Below, piece by piece: positions 28,702-37,509 of a stretch of 64,000 bases of DNA (its first letter is position 1; every line of letters begins with the position of its first letter). This stretch comes from Vulcanimicrobiota bacterium (GTDB lineage Bacteria > Vulcanimicrobiota > Vulcanimicrobiia > Vulcanimicrobiales > Vulcanimicrobiaceae), in assembly GCA_963820825.1 (NCBI GenBank), contig CAWGBN010000003.1, forward strand, positions 60,876 through 124,875, in the 5' to 3' direction. The notes under the pieces are model-generated. The model had not been told where the DNA came from. It saw only the letters and a list, made by a program, of their open reading frames with translations, and did not search any database. Position numbers and translations under genes: made by a program.

Positions 28702-30210
28702 CTATTCCGTGTCGGGCGGAATGCCCGACGGTCTTTGATGCAAGAAGAACGATTGCGGCTCCTGGCCGCCTATTCTCTTGAACGTTCGCGGCTTCATCGT
28801 AAAGTCGAAGGCGTTGTGGATGCTCGTCGATTGCGCGTCGTTCTTGCCCAGCGAGCCGAGCGTCCACGTCTGCTCGACGAATCGCAGGATGCTGCCGAAC
28901 TGATAGACGGTGTGATCGACGTGCGGCTTGACGTACGGCGAAACGATGAGCATCGGCACGCGAAAGCCGGGACCGCCCTGCCAATCGTCGGGATGCGGCG
29001 GTACAACGTGATCGTAGAAACCGCCCCAATCGTCCCACACGATGACGATCGCCGTCGACTTCCAATAGGGACTCTCGCCGACCGCGTTGACGACCGACGC
29101 GACCCACGACGGACCGTGATCCTCCGGCGGCGCGCCCGGGCCCGGCGTGGAGCACGGCGCGTGCTGATACTCCGCCGGATGGTCGGAGTTTGCACCGTCG
29201 GGGGTAATCCACGAAACCGCCGGAAGCGCACGCTTCGTGACGTCCCTGAAAAATGCCGTGTTCCGCGCGACGTTCGTATGCCACTCGGAACTATAGCGCA
29301 CCGCTTTGATCGCGCCGAAGGCGCTCCAGATGCCGGCGGTGTTGCCGTGCTGGCAGCCCTTCCATCCCTGAACCGGCGTGGCGTAGAACTTCCACGAAAC
29401 GCCTTTCGCATCGAGCAGATCGCGCAGGGTCGCGTACGATAAGCATGGGAACGGACCGCCGAAGCGATAGACCTTGCCGTTACGCTTGATCACGGCGGTG
29501 CGGACCGACTTATTCGCATCGCAGCCCCACGGAAAGTACGTTGGATTGTCGATCAAGGCTTCGTTATCGTTGATCTGCGTGCCGCCCGCGATCAGATCTT
29601 GATGGCCGGTAAAACTCCCGCTGCCTTGCGTTTGGAAGGTGTGATCGGCGAGCACGTACTGCTTGGCGATATCCCAATAGGGTTGGATATCTTGCGGATC
29701 CACGTATTGATACGCGTAGGTGCAGGTTGGAAAGCCGCTACCGTCCGCACCGGTACCGGATAGATCGAAACCATCCATCTTGCCGCCGTCGCGCTCGAGC
29801 TCGAAGCCGCTGTGGATGTGATCGAGGTCGGCGTTGTAGTCGAACCTGCCGCCGTTACCGAATCCGGCGCCGAAGAGGTCGGTCTTCTGCAACGGCACCG
29901 TCGTCGGCTTGGCGACGACCGGCATCCCGCTTCCGCCGCAGTATTGCTGCTCGTCCTTCGACATCGCAGCGGCCTTGCCGGTGGTCGTGCCGTCGGCCCC
30001 GGGAAAGGTCGCGAAGAAGTTATCGAAGCTGCGATTCTCTTGGATGACGATCACTATATGTTTGATCGGCGTCGCGCCGCCGTTTCGCTGCTCGAGGCCG
30101 CTCGGTAAGAGCGGCGCGCCGGAAGGCGCGGTCCCACTCCCACCGCACGCCACGACGCCCGCCGCCAGAGCGAGAAGAATAAAGACCGAAGTGGCGACGC
30201 GGGCTCGCAC
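28702..30210 (-). CDS. Phosphoesterase/phospholipase C family lipoprotein (copy 5)
   Basis: [33 protein letters not shown]. Confidence 0.9.
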   Translation of the reverse strand: MRARVATSVFILLALAAGVVACGGSGTAPSGAPLLPSGLEQRNGGATPIKHIVIVIQENRSFDNFFATFPGADGTTTGKAAAMSKDEQQYCGGSGMPVVAKPTTVPLQKTDLFGAGFGNGGRFDYNADLDHIHSGFELERDGGKMDGFDLSGTGADGSGFPTCTYAYQYVDPQDIQPYWDIAKQYVLADHTFQTQGSGSFTGHQDLIAGGTQINDNEALIDNPTYFPWGCDANKSVRTAVIKRNGKVYRFGGPFPCLSYATLRDLLDAKGVSWKFYATPVQGWKGCQHGNTAGIWSAFGAIKAVRYSSEWHTNVARNTAFFRDVTKRALPAVSWITPDGANSDHPAEYQHAPCSTPGPGAPPEDHGPSWVASVVNAVGESPYWKSTAIVIVWDDWGGFYDHVVPPHPDDWQGGPGFRVPMLIVSPYVKPHVDHTVYQFGSILRFVEQTWTLGSLGKNDAQSTSIHNAFDFTMKPRTFKRIGGQEPQSFFLHQRPSGIPPDTE

Positions 30211-30217
30211 GAAAGCG

Positions 30218-31741
30218 CTATTCGCTATCGGGCGGAACGCCCGAGGGCTTCTGCTCCAGAAAGAACTGCGTCGTATACTTTGCCTGGATCTTTTGGAAGG
30301 GACGCGGCGACATCTTGAAGTTGAAGGCGTTCTCGATGCCCTTCGCGCGCGTGTCTTCCTGCCCGAGTGTGTTGAGATTCCAGTTGTCTTCGATGAAGCG
30401 CAGGACGCTCGCCGTCTCGTACTGCGTATGCTCGACGTGCGCCTTGACGTACGGCGAGATGACGATCATCGGAAAGCGGAAGCCGAGTCCTCCTTGATCG
30501 TCGTAGACCGGCGGTGGCACGTGGTCGAAATAGCCGCCCCAGTCGTCCCAAAGGACGACGATCGCGCTGCTCTTCCAGTATTTGCTCTCGCCGACCGCGT
30601 TCACGATCGACGTCACCCACGACGGCCCGGTATCAATTGGGCCGTTCTTATTCTTCTCGTCGGGATGGTCGGAGTTTGCACCGTCCGGCGTAATCCACGA
30701 TACCGCGGGGAGCCGCCCGTTCTTGATGTCCCCGAAGATTTTCAAGTCGCTCGAGGTAACCTTCGTTCCCCACTCGTCGCTATAGCGCACGTTCGAGATC
30801 GCGTCGAAGGCGCTCCAGATGCCGGAACTTCCGGCCTTGGGATACTGCCACGAGTAGACTTTGTTCGCGTAGTACTTCCAGGAGATGCTGCTTGCGTCGA
30901 GCAGATCGCGGATCGTGCCGTTGGGGTAGGTCAGACAGGGAAACGGACCCGGTTTCTGCTGGCCCGACGTCGTGAGCACCGGAACCGTGGAGTTCTGATA
31001 CGCATCGCAGCCCCACGGGAAGCCGGTTGGATCGTCGATCAGACTCTCGGTCGAGTTGATCGCGGTCCCTCCGGCAATCAATGCCTGGTGGGCGGTAAAA
31101 CTCTCGCTGCCTTGCGTTTGAAAGGCATTGTCGGCAAGAACGTACTGCTGCGCCATCGTCCAGTAGGGCTTGATGTCCTGCGGATCGACGTACTGATACG
31201 TATAGGTGCAGGTGGCCTGCGGGCCTTCGCCGTCGGGGCCGAACTTCGTGAGATCGAAGCCGTCCATCACGCAGGGATTCGATGCGTTCGGACGCGAGGC
31301 CGAGGAGTCGCATTGGAGCAGGTACCCGGCCTTCCAGTTGTGCGCGAGGTCGTTATCCCAGCCGAACGAACCGGGAAAGCCCTTGCCCGTCAACGTCACC
31401 TTCGTGAGCGTAACTTTGGTGCGCGTCTTGATCACCGGCTGTTTGCGTGCCGCGCACGAGCTCGCGATCGGCGCCGGCATCGGTTCGGCGTAGCCGTACG
31501 TGGTGCCGTTTGCCTTCGGAAACGTCGCGAAGAAATTATCGAAGCTGCGGTTCTCTTGAACGACGACGATGATATGCGCGATCGGCGAGCTTGCGTTTGG
31601 TCCTTTTGCCGAACCCACGGGCGGAAGCGCGCCGCTTACGGTTCCCGGCGAACCGCCGCTGCACGCAGCGAGTCCGCCCCCGGCGACAACGAGAAAGAAC
31701 GCGAGGGTTCGGATACGCAATTGCAAGCAGCCACCTACCAT
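30218..31741 (-). CDS. Phosphoesterase/phospholipase C family lipoprotein (copy 6); start approximate
   Basis: LAAC lipobox, QENRSFD, ESFTAH, SDHP, WDDWGGYFDHV, GFRFP. Confidence 0.88.
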   Translation of the reverse strand: MVGGCLQLRIRTLAFFLVVAGGGLAACSGGSPGTVSGALPPVGSAKGPNASSPIAHIIVVVQENRSFDNFFATFPKANGTTYGYAEPMPAPIASSCAARKQPVIKTRTKVTLTKVTLTGKGFPGSFGWDNDLAHNWKAGYLLQCDSSASRPNASNPCVMDGFDLTKFGPDGEGPQATCTYTYQYVDPQDIKPYWTMAQQYVLADNAFQTQGSESFTAHQALIAGGTAINSTESLIDDPTGFPWGCDAYQNSTVPVLTTSGQQKPGPFPCLTYPNGTIRDLLDASSISWKYYANKVYSWQYPKAGSSGIWSAFDAISNVRYSDEWGTKVTSSDLKIFGDIKNGRLPAVSWITPDGANSDHPDEKNKNGPIDTGPSWVTSIVNAVGESKYWKSSAIVVLWDDWGGYFDHVPPPVYDDQGGLGFRFPMIVISPYVKAHVEHTQYETASVLRFIEDNWNLNTLGQEDTRAKGIENAFNFKMSPRPFQKIQAKYTTQFFLEQKPSGVPPDSE

Positions 31742-31845
31742 TCCAGCCGCCGCTACTTGGGCGCTGGGCTGCCTCCTCTCCTCTTCTTTTTCGTGGAAGT
31801 TGACTTTGTTTATCGTTTCGCCGCCGCGTTGCGCGGAGCGTAAAA

Positions 31846-32124
31846 CTAGTCGTAGCTTTCGCGCACCGTTTCGAGCAGCGTTTGACCGAATTCGACGATC
31901 GTGCCGTCGCCGTCGAGCACGTCGACGGCGAATCCCGGATAGAAGCTGATAAAGCGCTCTTGTTTCCATCGCGCGACCGACCAACGATCGCGCGCACCTT
32001 TCTCGAACGGCCACGGCGGCATGCCTTCGCGATCGGAGCGAATGTCGCGTCCGTCGGCGGTCTTGACGCGCACCTGAAAGCCTTCAATGCGCGCAATCTT
32101 CATCTCGAGCGTTCCGATCTTCAT
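31846..32124 (-). CDS. Hypothetical 92-aa protein with an internal two-fold repeat
   Basis: Clean ORF starting 24 bp downstream of tRNA-Pro; protein-like composition. Confidence 0.75.
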   Translation of the reverse strand: MKIGTLEMKIARIEGFQVRVKTADGRDIRSDREGMPPWPFEKGARDRWSVARWKQERFISFYPGFAVDVLDGDGTIVEFGQTLLETVRESYD

Positions 32125-32148
32125 TGCTGTTATCGTCTCTGAAAAACG

Positions 32149-32226
32149 TGGTCGGGCTGACTGGATTCGAACCAGCGATCTCTAGTCCCCCAGACTAGCG
32201 CGATAACCAAGCTTCGCTACAGCCCG
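32149..32226 (-). tRNA. tRNA-Pro(GGG)
   Basis: CGGGCTG/CAGCCCG acceptor stem, CTAGT-CTGGGGG-ACTAG anticodon arm, GGTTCGAATCC T arm, encoded CCA. Confidence 0.95.
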
Positions 32227-32541
32227 CTATGTCTTTGACTTCTTCGGCTTACGCTTGCGCGTTCGCGTCCCGCCGACGGCGTCCTTGAGCGAACGGCCGG
32301 CGACGAATGCCGGAACGTTATGCGCGGCAATCGTGATCCTTTCGCCGGTCTTGGGATTTCGCCCCTCGCGCGCCCGGCGCGGCCGAACGACGAAACTCCC
32401 AAACGGATTCAACGCGACACGGTCGCCTTTCTGTAAGGCTCCTTTGATTTCGTTCAGAATTAAGTCGACTATCGCACCGGCCTGGCGCCGCGACACCTCC
32501 GCTTCGACCGCGACGGCGTCTATTACATCGGCTTTCGTCAC
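32227..32541 (-). CDS. hup: HU family DNA-binding protein with basic tail
   Basis: TKADVIDAVA, GDRVALNPFGSF, AREGRNPKTGE, VPAFVAGRSLKDAV; GAGGAG SD before GTG. Confidence 0.93.
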   Translation of the reverse strand: MTKADVIDAVAVEAEVSRRQAGAIVDLILNEIKGALQKGDRVALNPFGSFVVRPRRAREGRNPKTGERITIAAHNVPAFVAGRSLKDAVGGTRTRKRKPKKSKT

Positions 32542-32611
32542 GTCGCATCTCCTCGGTCTTACATCAAGGGTATACGCAGGCGGCAGGTGCGCTCCTCCCC
32601 GGGGCAAGCGG

Positions 32612-33046
32612 CTAGCGCGCGAGAATCTCCGCAAGCGCGCGCAACGCCAGCACGTAGCCCATTGCGCCGAGACCGCTCACGACGCCTCGGCAAGCGGCTG
32701 CCGTCACGCTCGTATGGCGAAACGCTTCGCGCGCGGCGACGTTCGACAAGTGCACCTCGATGGTCGGAAGCGCGATGGCGGCGATCGCATCGCGGATCGC
32801 GTAGGAATAATGCGCGTACGCGCCCGGATTGATAACGACGCCGGCCTCCGTTTTGCGCGCCGCCTGAAGTGCGTCGACGATCGCGCCTTCGCTATTATGC
32901 TGCTCGCAGCGCACCTCGATGCCGAGCTCCCTCGCGGCGGCGGCGATTGCTCCGTCGAGTTCGGCGAGCGTCTGCGTGCCGTAAATCTCCGGCTCCCGCT
33001 CGCCAAGCAAGTTGAGGTTCGGTCCGTGCAAGACCAAAACGCGCAT
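32612..33046 (-). CDS. aroQ: Type II 3-dehydroquinate dehydratase
   Basis: HGPNLNLLGEREPEIYG, NPGAYAHYS, IEVHLSN. Confidence 0.96.
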   Translation of the reverse strand: MRVLVLHGPNLNLLGEREPEIYGTQTLAELDGAIAAAARELGIEVRCEQHNSEGAIVDALQAARKTEAGVVINPGAYAHYSYAIRDAIAAIALPTIEVHLSNVAAREAFRHTSVTAAACRGVVSGLGAMGYVLALRALAEILAR

Positions 33047-33097
33047 CGCTCTCGCTTCTTTAGAGGAAATGCGCGGGCCTCCGAACCAGAGGCGCTC

Positions 33098-33979
33098 ATG
33101 CCCGACACGCTCTTAGCCGCATCGAACCTCGACGCCGGCGTCGCGCTCGTCGCGGCGATCACGACCGATCTCGTCACCGAGATTCGCGATCGCCACGATC
33201 TCTGGCCGACGGCGACCGCCGCAGCCGGGCGGCTGACGACCGGCGCGGCGCTCTTCGCCGCGAGCCTCAAAGGGAACGAACGCATCTCGCTGCAGATCGC
33301 CGGCAACGGTCCGTTGGGAACGCTGGCCGCCGACGCCTGGTTCCTGCGCGATGGCGCGATCGGAGCGCGCGGTTACGTTCGAAACGCCCGCGTCGAGCTG
33401 CCCGTCGACGCCCGTGGTAAGTTCAACGTCGCAGGCGCGGTCGGAGCCGGCTCGCTGCAGGTGACGCGATCGAGCGACGTCGGTCAGCCGTACGTAGGCA
33501 TCGTTCCGATTCACTCGGGTGAGATCGCCGAGGATCTCGCCGCTTATCTCGCGCAGTCGGAGCAGATTCCAAGCATCGTCGCACTTGGCGTGCTGGCCAG
33601 CCCGAACGGCGTGGTCGCCGCGGGCGGTATCATCGCGCGAGCGCTGCCCGGAGCCGACGAAACGGCGATCGCGGCGCTCGAGGCGCGCGCCGCCTCGATG
33701 GCTCCCCTAACGCAACTCATTGCCCGCAACCCCGACGCCGGTGCGCTGCTCCGCGAGCTTGCCGGCGGCTTGGAGATGCGATCGTATCACACCATCGACG
33801 TCCGCTTCGCCTGCCGCTGCAACCGGATAAAGGTCGAAGCCGTGCTTCTCGGCCTAGGTGCGAACGAACTCTTGCAGTTAACGCAGGAGCGCGATCGCAC
33901 CGAAGCGACCTGCGAGTATTGCAAGACGCGCTACGTCTTCAGCGCGCAAGAGATTCGCGAGCTCGCGCAGCGTCTGTAG
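33098..33979 (+). CDS. hslO: Hsp33 redox-regulated chaperone
   Basis: GNGPLG, SGEIAEDLAAYLAQSEQIPS, CRC...CEYC zinc motif. Confidence 0.93.
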   Translation: MPDTLLAASNLDAGVALVAAITTDLVTEIRDRHDLWPTATAAAGRLTTGAALFAASLKGNERISLQIAGNGPLGTLAADAWFLRDGAIGARGYVRNARVELPVDARGKFNVAGAVGAGSLQVTRSSDVGQPYVGIVPIHSGEIAEDLAAYLAQSEQIPSIVALGVLASPNGVVAAGGIIARALPGADETAIAALEARAASMAPLTQLIARNPDAGALLRELAGGLEMRSYHTIDVRFACRCNRIKVEAVLLGLGANELLQLTQERDRTEATCEYCKTRYVFSAQEIRELAQRL

Positions 33980-35176
33980 TTAGTTCGCGCGCGGCAGCAC
34001 GCGGACGAAGCGCCGCGACCCCACGGAGAGCACGGCCGGTTCGCCGGCACTCCAGGGAGCATTTGCATCACTTACCGGTTCGCCGTCGACCTTGACGGCA
34101 TTGCCGGAGATCAGCCGCTCCGCAGCGCGCCGGCTCTCCGCAAATCCGGCCTTGACGAGCACCTCCGTGACGCGCTTGCAATCGCCGAGCTCGATCTCGG
34201 CAAGGTCGCCGGTTGGGATCTCACGGCGCTGGACCGTTCGTTCGAAGTACTCCCGCGCGGCCGCGGCCGCGCCGCCATCATGGTAGCGCGCAACGATCTC
34301 TTGGGCGACGCGCTTCTTCTCTTCCATCGGATTGAGCCGGCCGGCGGCAAGATCTTCCGCGAGCCGTACGGAGTCGGCGCGCGAGCGAAATGCCGCAAGA
34401 CGCGCGTAGACCGGGATCAGCTCGTCGGGAATCTTCATCAGCTTGCCGAACTGCTCGCTCGCCGGTTCGCCGACGCCGACGTAGTTGCCGAAGGATTTGC
34501 TCATCTTCTTCTCGCCGTCGAGGCCGACGAGTAGCGGAACGGTCGCGCAGATCTGTGGAGGCTGGCCGAACTCGCGCTGAAACTGTCGCCCCAATAAGAG
34601 ATTAAAGAGCTGATCGGTCCCGCCGAGCTCGACGTCGGCCTCGATCGCGACCGAATCGTACGCTTGCGCGACCGGATAGAGAAACTCGTGCAACGAGATC
34701 GGCACGCCCGAATCGTACCGCTCGCGAAAGTCGTTGCGCTCGAGCATCTGGGCGACCGTCGTCTTCGCGAGGAGTTTTACCAGATCGGAGAGCGAGAGCG
34801 GATCGAGCCATTCGGAATTGTACCGCACCTCGATCCGCTCGAGGTCGAGCACCTTACCGGCCTGCTCGCGATACGCGCGCATATTGGCCTCGATCTCCTC
34901 GCGCGAGAGCTGCGGACGCGTCACGTTGCGGCCGCTCGGGTCGCCTATGCGCGCCGTGAAGTCGCCGATGATCAGCGTCACGTGATGGCCGGCCTCGGCG
35001 AAGCGCTGGAGCGGATGGAGCACGACCATGAACCCGAGATGGAGATCCGGGCTGGTCGGATCGACGCCGAGCTTGATGCGCAGCGGCCGGCCGGCGCGCA
35101 ACCGTTCGCGAAACTCCGCAACGGTCTCGACGTGATCGAAACCCTCGAGCAGATCGATGGAATCGGAAGCGTTCAC
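33980..35176 (-). CDS. tyrS: Tyrosine--tRNA ligase
   Basis: KLGVDPTSPDLHLGF, GDFTARIGDPSGR, GGTDQLFN, KMSKS, C-terminal S4-like domain. Confidence 0.96.
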   Translation of the reverse strand: MNASDSIDLLEGFDHVETVAEFRERLRAGRPLRIKLGVDPTSPDLHLGFMVVLHPLQRFAEAGHHVTLIIGDFTARIGDPSGRNVTRPQLSREEIEANMRAYREQAGKVLDLERIEVRYNSEWLDPLSLSDLVKLLAKTTVAQMLERNDFRERYDSGVPISLHEFLYPVAQAYDSVAIEADVELGGTDQLFNLLLGRQFQREFGQPPQICATVPLLVGLDGEKKMSKSFGNYVGVGEPASEQFGKLMKIPDELIPVYARLAAFRSRADSVRLAEDLAAGRLNPMEEKKRVAQEIVARYHDGGAAAAAREYFERTVQRREIPTGDLAEIELGDCKRVTEVLVKAGFAESRRAAERLISGNAVKVDGEPVSDANAPWSAGEPAVLSVGSRRFVRVLPRAN

Positions 35177-37509
35177 GTGCGTAACTCGATCAAGGTGACG
35201 CCGGTCGATCCTTCCTCTTCGTTGCCGTAGCGCAGGCTCTTCACCCCCGCATGGCCGCGGAGAAACTCTTGCAATCCGCGACCGAGCATACCGGTGCCTT
35301 TGCCGTGAATCAGACGCAGCGGCGAGTTTCCGGCAAGCAGCGCGTCGTCGATCCAACGCTCGACGAGCGGCTCGGCCTCCGCATAGCGTTTACCACGCAC
35401 GTCGAGCTCGGCCGACGAGCGCACGACGGCGCCTAACCGGGCGTCGGTCTTCGCGCCGGATCGCTCGGCGCGTTTGACCGCGCGACCTTCACGGCGAACG
35501 TCGCTCTTCTCCACCATCATCTTCATTGAACCGACCGAAACCAGCAACCTCTCATCCCAATCCTCGGCAACGACGCCTTCTTGGTTCAGCGAAAGGATCC
35601 GCACGCGATCGCCCGGCGCGAATGCGCCTTCGTCCACGATCTCCCCCTCGCTCGGGCGGATGCCCAGATCGCGGCGCATCGCCTCGATCGTCTGCGTGAG
35701 CAGCGCGGCTTGCGACGGCGTGACCTTTCCTTTGCGCCCCCGCTCGCCGCCGAGCTCTTGCGCGCGCCGCTGCAACTCGCGGACGAAATCGCGCAGGCTC
35801 TGCTGTAAGCGATCCTCGGCTCGCGACCCGAAACGACGCCGCTCGGCGTCGAGTTCGCCGCGCTCGCGCCGCAGACGCTCGCGTTCTTGCGTTGCCTCAC
35901 CGAGCTCGCCGGTAACCCGCGCGCGCTCGGCCCGCAGCTCGCTGCTGCGTTGGGCGAGCTCGGCCAACGCGCTCTCGTAATCGCGCTCGCGCCGCTCGAG
36001 CACCGCATTGGCTCGCTCGACGATCTCAGGATCGATCCCTAGTCGCGTTGCCAGCGGAAATGCAAGCGACTGTCCGGGCGTGCCCACGTCGAGCTCGAAG
36101 GTCGGTGCGAAGGTCGCGGGATCGAAGCGCACGCTCGCGTTTGCGACGCCGGGCGTCGCGTGAGCGAAGAGCTTGAGCTCGACGGAATGGGTCGAGACGA
36201 TCGCGCGGGTTCCGCTACGCAGTAAACGCTCGAGCATTGCAACGGCGAGCGCGGCCCCGGCGGTCGGCTCGGTTCCGCCGCCGATCTCGTCGACGATCGC
36301 CAACGTCCGCTCGCCGGCTGCCGCAAGAATCTCGCGCATCCGTTCGAGATGCGCCGAGAACGTCGACGCGTTGGCGATCAGCGATTGTTCGTCGCCGATG
36401 TCGGCGATGATATGCTCGAATCGTCCGATCGCGCAGTGGGCTGCGGGAAGCTGCATTCCGCAGTAGGCCATGACGACGAAGAGCCCGGCCATTTTGAGCG
36501 CAACCGTCTTGCCGCCCATGTTCGGCCCGCTGATCACGAGCAGCCGGGTCGTTTCGTCGACGGCGATCGATTGCGGCACCGCGCGCTCGCCGAGCAGCGG
36601 ATGGCGCCCTCGTTCGATCGCGAGCAGCGGCTCGCCGGAGAGTTCCGGCGCTACCCATTGATTTCGTTGCGCGAGTTCGGCCTTTGCGGCGAGCAGATCG
36701 ATGCGCGCGAGCATCTCGACGTTCGCCTCGATCGCCGGCGCGTTCGTGCCGACGTCGCGCGAGAGCGAGTCGAGGATTCGCTCGACCTCGCGCTCCTCGC
36801 CGATCTGCAGCGTTCGAACGCGGTTGTTCGCTTCGAGCGCTGCGAGCGGCTCGACGAAGAACGTCTGTCCACTCGCGCTGGTATCGTGAACGATGCTCGG
36901 AAGACTCCCCGAAAACTCCGCTTTAATCGGAATGACGAAGCGCCCGTTGCGAATCGTGACGATACGATCCTGAATCGCTTTGGCGTATTTGGCCGAGGCC
37001 AGGATGGCGCTGACCCGGTCGCGCGCGTCGGCTTGCGCCGCACTGAGCTGACGGCGGATGCGCCCCAGGGCCGGCGATGCACGATCGAGCACCGCTCCGC
37101 GCTCGTCGATGGCGTCGACGATCGCACGGCCGAGCTCGCGCAGCGGCGTATACCCGGCGAGAACGTCCTCCATTTCGGCCTGGCCGCTCACCGCGCGATG
37201 CGCTGCGGCGGCGGAGCTAATCGCCTCGCCGATAGCCCGCAGATCGCCCGCGCCCAGGGTTCGCCCCGCCGCGGCCGCTTCGGTGAATGGTTCGGTCTCG
37301 ATCGCGGGCATCACGCGAAAGTCCGATCCGGCGATGAGCGAACGCACCGCCTCGGTGTGAGCCTGCTCGCGGCGGACGCGCTCGAAATCCGCATACGGGG
37401 TCATCGCTTGCGCGTAGGATCGTCCTCGTTGCGTCCGCGTCGCCCCGACGACGCGATCGCGCACCGCGATAAAGTCGAGCGCCTCGAGCGTACGGTCGTC
37501 GGTTAGCAG
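35173..37509 (-). CDS. mutS2: MutS2 family protein with Smr domain; probable CTG start
   Basis: SGPNMGGKT, DIGDEQS, STFSAH, DEIGGGTEP, IHGKGTG. Confidence 0.93.
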   Translation of the reverse strand: MLTDDRTLEALDFIAVRDRVVGATRTQRGRSYAQAMTPYADFERVRREQAHTEAVRSLIAGSDFRVMPAIETEPFTEAAAAGRTLGAGDLRAIGEAISSAAAAHRAVSGQAEMEDVLAGYTPLRELGRAIVDAIDERGAVLDRASPALGRIRRQLSAAQADARDRVSAILASAKYAKAIQDRIVTIRNGRFVIPIKAEFSGSLPSIVHDTSASGQTFFVEPLAALEANNRVRTLQIGEEREVERILDSLSRDVGTNAPAIEANVEMLARIDLLAAKAELAQRNQWVAPELSGEPLLAIERGRHPLLGERAVPQSIAVDETTRLLVISGPNMGGKTVALKMAGLFVVMAYCGMQLPAAHCAIGRFEHIIADIGDEQSLIANASTFSAHLERMREILAAAGERTLAIVDEIGGGTEPTAGAALAVAMLERLLRSGTRAIVSTHSVELKLFAHATPGVANASVRFDPATFAPTFELDVGTPGQSLAFPLATRLGIDPEIVERANAVLERRERDYESALAELAQRSSELRAERARVTGELGEATQERERLRRERGELDAERRRFGSRAEDRLQQSLRDFVRELQRRAQELGGERGRKGKVTPSQAALLTQTIEAMRRDLGIRPSEGEIVDEGAFAPGDRVRILSLNQEGVVAEDWDERLLVSVGSMKMMVEKSDVRREGRAVKRAERSGAKTDARLGAVVRSSAELDVRGKRYAEAEPLVERWIDDALLAGNSPLRLIHGKGTGMLGRGLQEFLRGHAGVKSLRYGNEEEGSTGVTLIELRT

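Noticed and set aside
27196..31843. Long plus-strand ORFs 27196-28506 and 29909-31843
   Set aside because: Antisense shadows of phosphoesterase genes in high-GC DNA; no motifs
32255..33097. N-terminal extension of the 574-aa hslO ORF
   Set aside because: Antisense to hup and aroQ; the Hsp33 domain begins at ATG 33098
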